Counted from the stretch's first letter, positions 49,155 through 59,399 are shown. The stretch is 64,000 bases of DNA from an uncultured bacterium (GCA_963705505.1 CAVPJU010000003.1:256001-320000), one strand, 5' to 3'. Numbers and translations are program-made. The notes: generated from the letters alone by a model not told the origin.

Positions 49155-52100
49155 ATGCTCCCGCTGACACTGAGTGTTAGAAATTTTTTAAGTTACGGTG
49201 AAAATATCCCCTCCCTCGACTTCAGGGATTTCACCATTGCCTGCCTTTCAGGAAAGAACGGCCACGGAAAATCAGCCCTCATAGATGCGATGACCTGGGC
49301 CTTATGGGGTAAATGCAGGGTCAAGAACAAGGAAGAGGTAATAAAAAGGGGAGCTACCGACGCCTACGTCGAGCTCGAATTCGAATCCGAGGGAAACAGG
49401 TACAGGATTTTGCGGTCGATATCGAGAAAAAAAGGGGGGTCACAGGGCTCCATAGACCTCCAGATATTCGACGGGGGCTCGTATAAACCCCTCGACCAGG
49501 GAGCCAAAGCCCAGAACGCCATAGAAAAGATATTGAAGATGGATTACAACTCCTTTATCTGCTCTTCTTTCATACTCCAGGGTATGGCCGACGAGTTTAC
49601 GAAGAGGACGCCTGCGGAGAGGAAAGAAGTATTGTCAAAAATCCTCGAGCTCGACGAGTACGAGTCGCTGACCAAGAGGGCCAGGGAGCATGCCCAAGTC
49701 TCGGGGCTGTCCGTGAGCTCGCTCGAGAACGAGGATTCGCAGCTCGATTGCGAAATTGCGCAAAGGGACACATTCGATAGTAAGCTCCGTGAGCTCAAGG
49801 CCGAGGAAGGGAAAGTTTCGGAAAGCATCGCCGAATTCGAAACGATCTACGGAAAACTCATAGGGGAGTACGAGTCGGTAAAGGCAAAGCTCGAGACCCT
49901 GACCAGGCTGAGCGCGGAGAAAGCGGAGACCGGCTCCTTATGCCGTAAACTCGAAGAAGAGCACACAAGTATCACGGAGGCCATAAATAAAGACCGGGGT
50001 ATCGTCTCGAGAGAAGACGAAATCTTAAAAGCGTTCGGAGAGTACGAGAACGTCCGTGAAAAGGAGAGGATTCTTAATGAAAAACAGCTCTCTAAGTCGA
50101 ATCTGGAAAAGGAGATCGAGAGCGTCGGCAGTCTCATACAGAAAGAAAGGGCAAACTTGGAGCAGGAAATAAGCACTCTCAGGACCAGGATGGAAGAGTA
50201 CCGGAAGATAATCAGGGGAACGGAAGAAACCCTAGGCAGGCAGGCGGAAATAGAATCCGGGTATTCGAAGCTCGGGGAAATAAAGTCGCTCGAAAAAGCC
50301 CTCGGCGAAAAAAGGAACGAAGCGGAAAGTCTCGATTCCCGGCTTTCCGAGCTCCATCAAGAGATCGGGCGGAAGAAAATTGAGCTCGAGACCAGGGCAA
50401 ACGAACTATCCGGGAAAATCAACGAGCTCGCTATCAAATCCGCAATGCCGGGCAAGCTCTCAAAAGAGATCGGGGATCTGAAAACACGGATCGGAGAATG
50501 CGCGGAGGCCGGGCGAATGGCTGAGGAAATAAGGAAAGAACTCGGGAGAACCGGCGAAGAGCGTAAAGCTTTAACCGCACGGAAGGCGGAGCTGGAAAAA
50601 AGAAAGACCGAAGAAGAGCAAAAACTCACGGTGCTCGGCAGTCAGGTCAGAGATGCCCATTGTCCGCTCTGCGAATCGCCCCTCGAGGAGGACGCAAAAA
50701 ACGCTCTCACAGAAAAGCTCGAGAACGCGGTCAAGGATCTCGATCACGAGATCGAGGGAATAGTGAGAGAATATAATAAACTCGAAAGCAAGGGGAAACG
50801 ACTTAAGGACGATCTCTTAAAAGCGGAGGCCGGGATCAGGCTTCTTCCCGGACTCAACAAGGAGCTGGGAGTAAAAGAACAGGCCCTCAATGAGTCGATT
50901 GCTTCATCCGATGAACTACGTGAAGCCCGGAGCCGTCTCGATATACTCAATAAGGCCCTATCGAATGAAGAATTCAGGAAGGAATACGATAAAGAGCTGA
51001 ATGAACTCGAACGGAGAAGAGCCGCCGTCGGATATGATTCGGAAAAACATGACGAAGCGAGACGAGGGCTCGAATCTCTGAGAAAATACGAAACCGAAAA
51101 CGAGCTCCTTAGAAAAGAGATCAAACGTAAAAATGAAGCCGAGAGCGAGATCGGGAATGCGGAGAACGAACTCGCCCCGCTATTGAAAATCCTCGAAGAA
51201 GGACGCTACGCGGATAAATGGAAAGAGAAGCTGACCGCGCTCCGGACAGAATTGGAAGGACTCGGCTACGACGGAGCGGAGCACGGTGAGCTCAAGGACT
51301 CGCTTAAGAAGCTCGAACGGTCCGCAGGGGAAAAAGAAACCCTCGAAAGAGCGAAGCTGAGCCTCGATCTGAGGGAGAATGAAGAGAAAAAATTGAGAGA
51401 GCGGATCGGGGACGAGAAACAGAGACTCGGGAAAATTGAAAAGGAAATTGCGGAGCTCGAAGACATAGAAATTAAGGCGAAAGAAATAAAGGAAAAGATG
51501 TCGGCTGCCGAAAGCAGGGTATCGGCGCTAAAAAAGCAGAAAGACGAGCTGCTGATCGGCATAAGCAGGAGCGAAAGCGCACTTCAAAGAATCGAAACGC
51601 TCACCGCGAGGAAGAAAGAGCTCAAAGAGAAAATCGACAAGACCAGACATGAGCTACTGATATTCCAGGAGCTCACGAAAGCTTTCGGCAAAAACGGGCT
51701 CCAGGCCCTGATAATAGAACATGCAGTTCCCGAGATAGAGATCGAGGCCAATAAAATCCTGAACAAGCTCACGGAAGGCAGTATGGCCCTCAGCCTCGAG
51801 ATGGTAAAACCCACCCAAAAGGGGGGAGAGAAAGAAACGCTTGAAATCTACATCGGAGATTCCTCGGGCACGAGGAGCTACGAGACGTTCTCGGGAGGAG
51901 AAGCGTTCCGCATCGATTTCGCCCTCCGCGTAGGGATCTCGAAATTCATAGCGAACCGCTCGGGTGCACAGCTGAGGACACTCGTAATCGACGAAGGATT
52001 CGGAACGCAGGACAAGGACGGTTTGAGTCACTTCGTGCAGGTAATAAACTCCATCAAGGACGACTTTGACAAGATAATCGCAATTACGCACGTCGACGAA

Positions 52101-52181
52101 TTAAAGGAGAGATTCCCGGTGAGGATCGAAGTCACCAAGGAGCCGGGCTCGGGCTCGAGCTTCGAAGTGGTGTACTCTTAA
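49155..52181 (+). CDS. sbcC: SbcC/Rad50-like SMC-family ATPase
   Basis: GKNGHGKS Walker A, CPLC zinc hook, FSGGE signature, IDEGFG Walker B. ATG at 49155 is preferred. Confidence 0.9.
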   Translation: MLPLTLSVRNFLSYGENIPSLDFRDFTIACLSGKNGHGKSALIDAMTWALWGKCRVKNKEEVIKRGATDAYVELEFESEGNRYRILRSISRKKGGSQGSIDLQIFDGGSYKPLDQGAKAQNAIEKILKMDYNSFICSSFILQGMADEFTKRTPAERKEVLSKILELDEYESLTKRAREHAQVSGLSVSSLENEDSQLDCEIAQRDTFDSKLRELKAEEGKVSESIAEFETIYGKLIGEYESVKAKLETLTRLSAEKAETGSLCRKLEEEHTSITEAINKDRGIVSREDEILKAFGEYENVREKERILNEKQLSKSNLEKEIESVGSLIQKERANLEQEISTLRTRMEEYRKIIRGTEETLGRQAEIESGYSKLGEIKSLEKALGEKRNEAESLDSRLSELHQEIGRKKIELETRANELSGKINELAIKSAMPGKLSKEIGDLKTRIGECAEAGRMAEEIRKELGRTGEERKALTARKAELEKRKTEEEQKLTVLGSQVRDAHCPLCESPLEEDAKNALTEKLENAVKDLDHEIEGIVREYNKLESKGKRLKDDLLKAEAGIRLLPGLNKELGVKEQALNESIASSDELREARSRLDILNKALSNEEFRKEYDKELNELERRRAAVGYDSEKHDEARRGLESLRKYETENELLRKEIKRKNEAESEIGNAENELAPLLKILEEGRYADKWKEKLTALRTELEGLGYDGAEHGELKDSLKKLERSAGEKETLERAKLSLDLRENEEKKLRERIGDEKQRLGKIEKEIAELEDIEIKAKEIKEKMSAAESRVSALKKQKDELLIGISRSESALQRIETLTARKKELKEKIDKTRHELLIFQELTKAFGKNGLQALIIEHAVPEIEIEANKILNKLTEGSMALSLEMVKPTQKGGEKETLEIYIGDSSGTRSYETFSGGEAFRIDFALRVGISKFIANRSGAQLRTLVIDEGFGTQDKDGLSHFVQVINSIKDDFDKIIAITHVDELKERFPVRIEVTKEPGSGSSFEVVYS

Positions 52182-52245
52182 GGCGCTTCATGATTCACGT
52201 TCAGAGAAAACAGGCAGTAACTATCCAGGCTGCTTCCATAATAAT

Positions 52246-52851
52246 ATGAACTGGCTCGATATAACGATAGTCGCGATAACCGCTCTTTTTACGCTCATCG
52301 GATTCTCGAGGGGGCTTGTAAGTCAGATATTCTCGATCGCCGCTCTCGCCGGCGGACTAATCGTAGCCTTTATTTTTTACGACGTATTAGGCGCAGTGTT
52401 TATTAAGGAAAGACTCGTGGAAAACGAGTCTATAGCCAACGTCGGGGGCTTCATAATCCTCGCATTCGTTTCGTACGTAATCATTCAGCTCCTGGGCTGG
52501 GCGACAACGAGACTGATAGGCACACTTCAGCTGAGCTGGCTCAACAGGATATGCGGAGGCATCGTGGGCGCGGTAATGGGCGCGGTCACAGCCTTTTTAC
52601 TGTCCTGCTGTCTCGGCCTGTTCTACCCGCAAAATGATCCCGCTTTAAAGAACTCGGCGCTCCTCCCGTATCTGAACCAGACGGCGCTCATCGTAAAAGA
52701 CGCCCTCCCCGAGGACTTCGAGAAGAGCTTCAATAAAGCGAGGGATCTCGTGCGTGAAGAGGGCTTAAAAGCCGCGATGAAAATCAAAGATTCCGAAGCG
52801 GTGAAGGAAATCCTTGATGACAATAAGGGCTCTCAAAAGAAAAAGGAATGA
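52246..52851 (+). CDS. cvpA: CvpA family membrane protein
   Basis: MNWLDI...GFSRGLV...LNRICGGIVG. Confidence 0.85.
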   Translation: MNWLDITIVAITALFTLIGFSRGLVSQIFSIAALAGGLIVAFIFYDVLGAVFIKERLVENESIANVGGFIILAFVSYVIIQLLGWATTRLIGTLQLSWLNRICGGIVGAVMGAVTAFLLSCCLGLFYPQNDPALKNSALLPYLNQTALIVKDALPEDFEKSFNKARDLVREEGLKAAMKIKDSEAVKEILDDNKGSQKKKE

Positions 52852-52954
52852 GGACCGAATTCCTATGCGGGAAACCCCGCGCGGTTTCCTCATATATACC
52901 GCACAAAGGCGGGCAGCTTCCCTAATGCTGGAATTTCGGTAATATAATCGGGTT

Positions 52955-53968
52955 ATGATCGGCGTTGAGACTTTAGATGAATTCATCATCAGGAAACAAA
53001 CCGAATTCCCCTATGCACGCGGGGACCTTTCGAGACTGCTCCGGGATTTGGGTCTCGCCGCGAAGATAGTCAACAGAGAGGTCAACAAGGCGGGACTCGT
53101 CGATATACTCGGGAGCACGGGGGCGAAAAACGTTCAGGGTGAGGAAGTAAAGAAGCTCGACGTATTCGCAAACAGGAGATTCATTGCGGCGCTCGAGCTC
53201 GGCGGGCAGTGCTGCGGGGTCGCCTCCGAGGAAAACAAAGACTTCATAACTTTTCACGATGAAATATCCAAAGACGCAAATTACGTTGTGGCCATCGACC
53301 CTCTGGACGGCTCGTCCAATATAGACGTCAATGTCTCGGTCGGGACCATATTCTCAATTTACAGAAGAGTCTCACCATCCGACGGGCCGGTAACAGCCGG
53401 GGACTTTCTACAAATCGGAAGGGACCAGGCAGCCGCGGGGTATATAATTTACGGCTCATCCACGATGCTCGTTTATACCACGGGATACGGCGTAAACGGC
53501 TTCACTCTCGACCCTTCGATCGGTGAATTCTGTCTTTCGCATCCGAACATGAGCATCCCCAAAGCCGGCAAGACCTTTTCCGTCAACCAGGGCAATTACT
53601 ACAGTTTTCCCGAAGGAGTAAAGCAGTACATCAAATACTGCAAAGAGCCGGACAAAGCGACAAACCGCCCCTACTCGTTACGGTACATAGGCTCGATGGT
53701 CGCGGATATCCACAGGAATCTGATAACCGGAGGCATATTCCTCTATCCCGCCACCTCGGATGCCCCAAACGGCAAACTGAGGCTCCTGTATGAGTGCAAT
53801 CCCATGTCGTTCATTGTTGAGCAGGCGGGTGGAAGGTCGACCGACGGATCGAGACATATACTGGACATAGCGCCCAGAGAGGTTCATCAGAGAACACCGA
53901 TATTCATAGGCTCGGAGCAAATGGTTTTAAAGCTGGAGGAATTCCTGAAGAAGCATTCTCGGGGCTAA
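52955..53968 (+). CDS. fbp: Class 1 fructose-1,6-bisphosphatase
   Basis: [29 protein letters not shown]. Confidence 0.96.
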   Translation: MIGVETLDEFIIRKQTEFPYARGDLSRLLRDLGLAAKIVNREVNKAGLVDILGSTGAKNVQGEEVKKLDVFANRRFIAALELGGQCCGVASEENKDFITFHDEISKDANYVVAIDPLDGSSNIDVNVSVGTIFSIYRRVSPSDGPVTAGDFLQIGRDQAAAGYIIYGSSTMLVYTTGYGVNGFTLDPSIGEFCLSHPNMSIPKAGKTFSVNQGNYYSFPEGVKQYIKYCKEPDKATNRPYSLRYIGSMVADIHRNLITGGIFLYPATSDAPNGKLRLLYECNPMSFIVEQAGGRSTDGSRHILDIAPREVHQRTPIFIGSEQMVLKLEEFLKKHSRG

Positions 53969-54172
53969 AATCACGCCGCGCTCAAGCACCGCGCACTCTC
54001 CTGTTCGTAAATTCGAGAGTTCATAATTCGTACTTTGTAACCGCTCACAATCTCTTAACATTCTGCGATTATTTCACTCCGGACCGGCTTCATTAAGAGC
54101 TGTCTTTTTCACTTGACATTTCAAAGTCAGGGTGTATCGTTTCAGATAAATCACCGTTACAGGAGAATTATC

Positions 54173-54355
54173 ATGGAAATCGAACTTGAACTGCTTGAAA
54201 AGGACGATGACTGGGAAGACGATGAGGACGAATGGGACGAGGACGAAGAAGAACTTTGGGATGAAGAAGACGAAGACATCCTCGATGACGACGAGGAGTG
54301 GGACGAAGAAGACGAAGAGGAATGGGAGCAGGAAGAAGAAAAGCCAATCAACTGA
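54173..54355 (+). CDS. 60-aa extremely acidic protein with periodic Trp
   Basis: AGGAG RBS at 54161-54165, ATG at 54173, upstream TTGACA (54113) and TATCGT (54135); 41 of 60 residues are D/E. Confidence 0.7.
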   Translation: MEIELELLEKDDDWEDDEDEWDEDEEELWDEEDEDILDDDEEWDEEDEEEWEQEEEKPIN

Positions 54356-54515
54356 GGAATACCTCACACAATTACAAATATCCCAATCAATTTCCGGGAA
54401 AATCAAACAAGATCGTGATTTGAAATATCCGCCGCAAATTTCATCGTTTAATTCCTGAGACAGCAGGAATAGATGGACCTGAGGGATTTTAAGAATACAA
54501 GAATATTAATGATGT

Positions 54516-54549
54516 TGGTGCCCGGGGCCGGACTCGAACCGGCACGGGC
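54516..54549 (-). repeat. Duplicated 3' end of tRNA-Leu (att-like site), ending in CCA
   Basis: Minus strand GCCCGTGCCGGTTCGAGTCCGGCCCCGGGCACCA; the upstream flank does not provide D or anticodon arms. Confidence 0.85.
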
Positions 54550-55604
54550 AGAACCAGGCCCTCTCACCGACCGCCTCCATCACCAATATAGAGACTGAGC
54601 TGATCTAGGATAATTGCAGGTTATCAATTTAGCTGGGGGTGGAAGGGGGCTTAATTAATTGAGAAGATTAATTGTGATTATGAGGCGCCCACTGTGCTGA
54701 GAGTTTGTTTACCCCGGCCCTTTGGGGTTTGTAACCTTAATAGACCGGGGGCCGTATCGAGTTAGAACTGTCAACGGTAATAAGAGAATAACATTTATAT
54801 AGAGTGAAGAGCAGTGAAATACTAATTAAATCGGAGGTAAGCAGGAAGTTGTTGATTTGGATTTCAGGCTTCCATTCTCGCTTTCAGGTTAGCGTAGAAC
54901 GACTCCGCCTCTTGTTCGTTCAGCTTGACTATGAATCCTTCGGCCAGTTTCCCTAAGAGTGGAATGGGCACAGTGAAATCAATGTCGAGGGTCATCTTTG
55001 TACCACCGGCCTCGGATTGAAATGTATGCAGGTGTGTACTCTCGATGCCGCCGCCCTTGGTTTTCATTCCCCAACGCCGGTTAGGAATGTACTCAGTAAT
55101 TTCGCTGATTCCTTCAAAGCGCATTCCAGCCATCTTGTATACCCACCGCCAGCTAATTACAACGCCATCGGGTGATTTCTTAACGTCCTTGACCTCCATT
55201 AAGCTGGGCCAGACCTCCAGCAGGTTCATCGGTTCTATGAAGAATTCGAAAACCTTCTCTACCGGAGCTTTGATGTTGATGCTTTTTTCTATCTTAGGCA
55301 TGGCCTATCGTCCCCCTTCTTTTTAGGCTTAACAGTATGACCCCACTATCTATACTCCCACGAAGTAGCGGTCCTTGTCAATCTAAACCTTCCTCACCTT
55401 AATGATCCAACTAGGAAGGGGCGTTATTCGCTTTTTCCGCATTCATGGACAAAGAAACAGAGCTGAATAAAAGGAAGCCCCGAAGAGAATTAATGTGTTT
55501 CCCGAATTCCTGTTCGGACATATCAGCGAGGATATAGAGAATGTGGAAGGGCAGGTAATTGATATTGTTGATGTGCCCGGGGCCGGACTCGAACCGGCAC
55601 GGGC
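54518..55604. mobile_element. About 1.1-kb integrase-less genomic islet or remnant at tRNA-Leu, bounded by 32-bp direct repeats
   Basis: GTGCCCGGGGCCGGACTCGAACCGGCACGGGC is identical at 54518-54549 and 55573-55604 (3' end of tRNA-Leu). Confidence 0.75.
54864..55301 (-). CDS. SRPBCC (START-like / polyketide cyclase) family protein
   Basis: IEKSINIKAPVEKVFEF...W P...EYIPNRR...GGTK...LANLKARME-type ending; GAAGGGGG RBS. Confidence 0.85.
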   Translation of the reverse strand: MPKIEKSINIKAPVEKVFEFFIEPMNLLEVWPSLMEVKDVKKSPDGVVISWRWVYKMAGMRFEGISEITEYIPNRRWGMKTKGGGIESTHLHTFQSEAGGTKMTLDIDFTVPIPLLGKLAEGFIVKLNEQEAESFYANLKARMEA

Positions 55605-55657
55605 GCGAACCCGAGGGATTTTAAGTCCCTTGCGTCTACCTGTTCCGCCACCCGGGC
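55574..55657 (-). tRNA. tRNA-Leu (TAA)
   Basis: GCCCGGGTGGCGGAACAGGTAGACGCAAGGGACTTAAAATCCCTCGGG...GGTTCGAGTCCGGCCCCGGGCA with a long variable arm; CCA is not encoded. Confidence 0.95.
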
Positions 55658-55695
55658 CTGAACAATTTTAAAAGATATAAAAAAGAACCTGTACC

Positions 55696-55770
55696 TGGAG
55701 GCGGCGCCCGGATTTGAACCGGGGCATTGCGGTTTTGCAGACCGCTGCCTTACCACTTGGCTACGCCGCC
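55696..55770 (-). tRNA. tRNA-Cys (GCA)
   Basis: GGCGGCGTAGCCAAGTGGTAAGGCAGCGGTCTGCAAAACCGC...GGTTCAAATCCGGGCGCCGCCTCCA. Confidence 0.95.
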
Positions 55771-55920
55771 TTTTCACATATTACCGAACTAATGAGGTAC
55801 GAACACACCGTCATTAGTAATAAGAAGCCCTAAATTATGAACGACATTTTAAGATTTTCAAGCGAACGTAGCACCCGGAACATATAGACAATACACCCCG
55901 GCAGGTTATATAAAGACGCA

Positions 55921-56712
55921 CTAAACACACATGATCCCCTTAAAAACCGTAACCGCCTTGCCGACCAGCACCACCCTCTCCCCTTTTACGCGCACACCGA
56001 TCACGCCACCGCGCTCGGAAGCCTGATAGGCGAGGAATTCGGCTTTCCCGAGCTTCTTTTCCCAATAGGGACCTAAGCAGCAGTGGGCGGAGCCGGTTAC
56101 CGGGTCTTCATTTATCCCCGAAGCGGGGCCGAAAAACCGTGAGACGAAATCGTATTCCGGGGAATCAGAAACGCTCGTGACCATCACGCCGCGGACAGGT
56201 ATTGTCGCAAGGAGTCCGAAGTCGGGTTTGAGGTTCCTCACTATCTCCGCGGATTCCGCTTCCACGAGATAATCGAACCTGTTCCTGCCGATATACACCG
56301 GCTTGACGCCGAGAGATTCGGTTAACTCCGGAGGAGCATCCGTCATACGCTCGGGCTCGGAGGGGAAGTCGAGCTCGATCGAGCCTCCGCTCATTGCAGC
56401 GGTAAGGACGCCGCTCAGGGTGTAGAACTCAATTACTTCGTCACGGCCAACGCGTCCTTCCCCCCACAGGATGTGCGCGCTTGCAAGCGTGGCGTGACCG
56501 CAAAGATCGACTTCGACCGCAGGCGTGAACCAGCGGAGGTTAAATCCTTTATTTTCCCTGTACAAAAACGCGGTTTCGGAGAGGTTCATCTCGCGCGCAA
56601 CCTTCTGCATCCACACGGGGTCGGCGGGACCGGGCAACAGACACACTGCCGCCGGATTGCCGCCGAACGGTTTCTCGGTAAACGCATCGACCTGATAGAT
56701 CTCTATCTCCAT
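55921..56712 (-). CDS. PhzF family isomerase/epimerase
   Basis: QVDAFT...GGNPAAV, EMNLSETAF, EVDLCGHATLA, EDPVTGSAHC. Confidence 0.93.
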   Translation of the reverse strand: MEIEIYQVDAFTEKPFGGNPAAVCLLPGPADPVWMQKVAREMNLSETAFLYRENKGFNLRWFTPAVEVDLCGHATLASAHILWGEGRVGRDEVIEFYTLSGVLTAAMSGGSIELDFPSEPERMTDAPPELTESLGVKPVYIGRNRFDYLVEAESAEIVRNLKPDFGLLATIPVRGVMVTSVSDSPEYDFVSRFFGPASGINEDPVTGSAHCCLGPYWEKKLGKAEFLAYQASERGGVIGVRVKGERVVLVGKAVTVFKGIMCV

Positions 56713-56999
56713 TACACCCCCTTTTCTATTGTAAGCAGCACAAGCTCCCGTTAACCGGGCAATAAAATCACCTGACAGACTCTCCCGATATCATGATATT
56801 ATCTCATGAAAACGGCCTCTATGAAGGCAGGGCGCAAAAGAATATTACTTGAGTTAATTCAAGCGATAACTTAAACTTAAACCAAGGGGGATATAACTAT
56901 TCTCAAACGCGGAACCGGGATGACTATTTGACATTTTTCCGCTTTTCTTTATTGTTATATCGCATTTTTGTAAAAGTAATGGCTTTTTGATCGGTTTTA

Positions 57000-57078
57000 C
57001 CGCTTGGATCTCCTTAGGGGGACCGAGACGGAGGAAGAGTTAAAATGACAAAAGAGGGACGGAACTTAAGCCGTACCC
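57000..57078 (+). promoter_or_regulatory. pan-motif-like leader RNA (two hairpins with bulged A)
   Basis: Hairpin 1 CCG-CTTGG-[A]-TCTCC-ttag-GGGGA-CCGAG-[A]-CGG (57000-57031); hairpin 2 GGG-ACGG-[AA]-C-ttaa-G-CCGT-[A]-CCC (57056-57078); lies upstream of panB. Confidence 0.65.
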
Positions 57079-57098
57079 GGCATGAATGTGAAGAAAAC

Positions 57099-57140
57099 AA
57101 GCCAGTAGAGGATTATTCCGTCCTCGATCTGGCTTTTTTT
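57099..57140 (+). terminator. Intrinsic terminator / attenuator in the panB leader
   Basis: AAGCCAG..GAGGA / TCCTC..CTGGCTT stem followed by a T run ending 17 nt before the panB ATG. Confidence 0.7.
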
Positions 57141-57156
57141 GTATGAGGCGGCTCGA

Positions 57157-57957
57157 ATGAAAAAAAGGACAGTGCCTATATTACGTTCAATGAAGGCGGA
57201 CTCTCAAAAGATCGCGATGGTCACGGCTTATGACGCCGCGACGGCGAGAATGGTCGACGAAGCGGGTGTGGATATAGTTCTCGTCGGAGACTCTCTCGGG
57301 AACGTCGTCCAGGGGCTTCCGAACACCCTCCCCGTAACTATGGACGACATGGTCTACCATACCAGGATAGTTTCAAGGGGGCTTGAATACGCCCACCTTT
57401 CGGCCGATATGCCGTTCATGTCGTATCAGGCCTCGAAAGAAGATGCCTTAAGGAACGCGGGCAGGTTAATTAAAGAAGCTGGGGCCGAGTCGGTCAAACT
57501 GGAAACGAACGAGGACTATCTCGAAACCCTGTATGCGATAAATAGATCCGGTATCCCCGTTATGGGGCATATCGGCTTATGCCCGCAGTCAATCCTGGAG
57601 ATGGGCGGGTATAAGGTCCAGGGGAGAGGCGAAAAGGAGGGCGGAAGACTGCTCGAACTGGCAAAATCCATAGAGCAGGCAGGGGCTTTCTCGCTCGTTC
57701 TCGAAAGCATACCGCAGTCGCTGGCCAAAGAAATCACGGACGCGATAAAGATTCCGACTATAGGCATAGGAGCCGGACCCGGATGCGACGGCCAGGTGCT
57801 CGTTATAAACGACCTCCTGGGGCTGTCGCCCGAGCCTACGCCGAGATTCGTCAAAAAGTATGCGAACCTGAGGGAGCTCGTCGGAAAATCGACGAGGGCG
57901 TTCATCGAAGAGGTCAAATCGGGGGCATTCCCCTCCGAGGAACATTCGTATGACTGA
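57157..57957 (+). CDS. panB: 3-methyl-2-oxobutanoate hydroxymethyltransferase
   Basis: TAYDA, LVGDSLG, ADMPFMSY, TIGIGAGPGCDGQVLV. Confidence 0.96.
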   Translation: MKKRTVPILRSMKADSQKIAMVTAYDAATARMVDEAGVDIVLVGDSLGNVVQGLPNTLPVTMDDMVYHTRIVSRGLEYAHLSADMPFMSYQASKEDALRNAGRLIKEAGAESVKLETNEDYLETLYAINRSGIPVMGHIGLCPQSILEMGGYKVQGRGEKEGGRLLELAKSIEQAGAFSLVLESIPQSLAKEITDAIKIPTIGIGAGPGCDGQVLVINDLLGLSPEPTPRFVKKYANLRELVGKSTRAFIEEVKSGAFPSEEHSYD

Positions 57958-58807
57958 AAAGAGAGCCACAAAGGTTATAAGCAGCGTCAAAGAGATGCAG
58001 GACTTCTCGAGCGCGCTCAGAAAGGATGGGAAAACCATAAGTTTCGTCCCGACTATGGGAGCGCTCCACGAAGGGCATATAAGCCTGATGAGGGAAGGGA
58101 AGAAACTCGGCGACATACTCGTCGCAAGTGTCTTCGTAAACCCCGCCCAGTTCGGCCGCGGTGAGGATTATATGTCCTACAAGAGGGACACGGACGGCGA
58201 TTTGAAGAAACTGACGGGGGCGGGGGTCGATATCGCCTTCTTCCCCGAGACAGGAGAAATTTATCCGCCCGGCTTCGAGACGTATGTCGAGGTAACGGAG
58301 CTTGAGAAGCCGCTCTGCGGGAGGTTCCGCCCCGGACATTTCAGGGGCGTCGCAACCGTAGTGCTGAAGCTCTTTAATATCGTAAGACCCCATATCGCGA
58401 TATTCGGGGAGAAGGACTATCAGCAGCTACAGATCATAAGGAAAATGGTCAGGGACCTCAGCCTGGAAATCGAGATAATCGGAATGCCGATAGTGAGGGA
58501 AAAAAGCGGTCTCGCCATGAGCTCGAGGAATTCATACCTGTCGCCGGAGGAAAAGGACAAAGCGGCTTACCTGTCCCAAGCCTTACGGGAGATTAAAACG
58601 AGGTTCGACGGGGGAGAGAGAGATACGCTCAACCTCATCAAAAGAGGATACGAGGTGCTGACGCGCGCCTCGGTCGGCGAAATAGACTATTTAGAAATCA
58701 GGGACGGGGAGACACTCGGGGACAAGGTATCCGCAGCTCCGGGAGATGTGGCAGCCCTGGCGGTGCGGATAGGTAATGCAAGGCTTATTGATAACACCGT
58801 GCTTTAA
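57950..58807 (+). CDS. panC: Pantoate--beta-alanine ligase
   Basis: [39 protein letters not shown]. Confidence 0.96.
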   Translation: MTEKRATKVISSVKEMQDFSSALRKDGKTISFVPTMGALHEGHISLMREGKKLGDILVASVFVNPAQFGRGEDYMSYKRDTDGDLKKLTGAGVDIAFFPETGEIYPPGFETYVEVTELEKPLCGRFRPGHFRGVATVVLKLFNIVRPHIAIFGEKDYQQLQIIRKMVRDLSLEIEIIGMPIVREKSGLAMSSRNSYLSPEEKDKAAYLSQALREIKTRFDGGERDTLNLIKRGYEVLTRASVGEIDYLEIRDGETLGDKVSAAPGDVAALAVRIGNARLIDNTVL

Positions 58808-58833
58808 ATTATATAATCCGGAGGGGAATAAAG

Positions 58834-59223
58834 ATGCATAGAACGCTTCTTAAATCCAAAATACACAGGGTAACGGTGACCGATGCGGACCTCGAATACG
58901 AAGGAAGCATTACCGTCGACAGGAACCTCATGGATGCAGCCGATTTCTATCACTACGAGCAGGTCCACATATTCAATGTGACCAACGGTCACAGATTCGT
59001 GACCTACGTAATCGAGGGAAAGCGCGGTTCAAACGAGATATGCGTTAACGGCGCGGCCGCCCACCTGGCGAAAAAAGGGGACTGTCTGATAATTGCGAGC
59101 TTTGCGTCCTACAACGAAAACGAGTGTAAGGCCCACATGCCGAAACTCGTATACGTGGACGGCAATAATCAGATGACTGAAATAAAGCGCGGGCCGAACA
59201 AATTAAAGGTCGCCGAGAGTTGA
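58834..59223 (+). CDS. panD: Aspartate 1-decarboxylase
   Basis: [14 protein letters not shown] (GS cleavage site), NGAAA. Confidence 0.96.
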   Translation: MHRTLLKSKIHRVTVTDADLEYEGSITVDRNLMDAADFYHYEQVHIFNVTNGHRFVTYVIEGKRGSNEICVNGAAAHLAKKGDCLIIASFASYNENECKAHMPKLVYVDGNNQMTEIKRGPNKLKVAES

Positions 59224-59370
59224 ACCCGGGAAATAGGCTTTGTACGCCTGATTTTATCCTTATACTTAATATTGCCCGGTTATTCCTGTACGGGTGATCG
59301 CTGTTTTCTGCCGGTTTTTATGATTTTTGTTAAATTCGGGAGCTTAATGGCATAAATTACATCATAAATA

Positions 59371-59399
59371 TTGACAGAAGCCATTCTGGAGGTTATAAA
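59371..59399 (+). promoter_or_regulatory. Sigma70-type promoter of the NTP-transferase operon
   Basis: TTGACA (59371-59376), 17 bp spacer, TATAAA (59394-59399). Confidence 0.65.

Noticed and set aside
49155..52181. SMC-like ATPase as a Wadjet/Lamassu-type defence component
   Set aside because: The CPLC hook and motifs fit housekeeping SbcC/Rad50, and the neighbours (ispB, cvpA, fbp) are not defence genes. sbcD is simply not adjacent.
54190..54340. GA-rich quasi-repeat as a CRISPR array or microsatellite
   Set aside because: There are no identical repeats with unique spacers; the periodicity is explained by Asp/Glu/Trp codons.
54516..54560. Second complete tRNA-Leu gene
   Set aside because: Only the T-arm and 3' acceptor strand are present; no D-arm or 5' acceptor strand in register.
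55523..55777. 84-aa minus-strand ORF
   Set aside because: It runs through tRNA-Cys and tRNA-Leu and is spurious.
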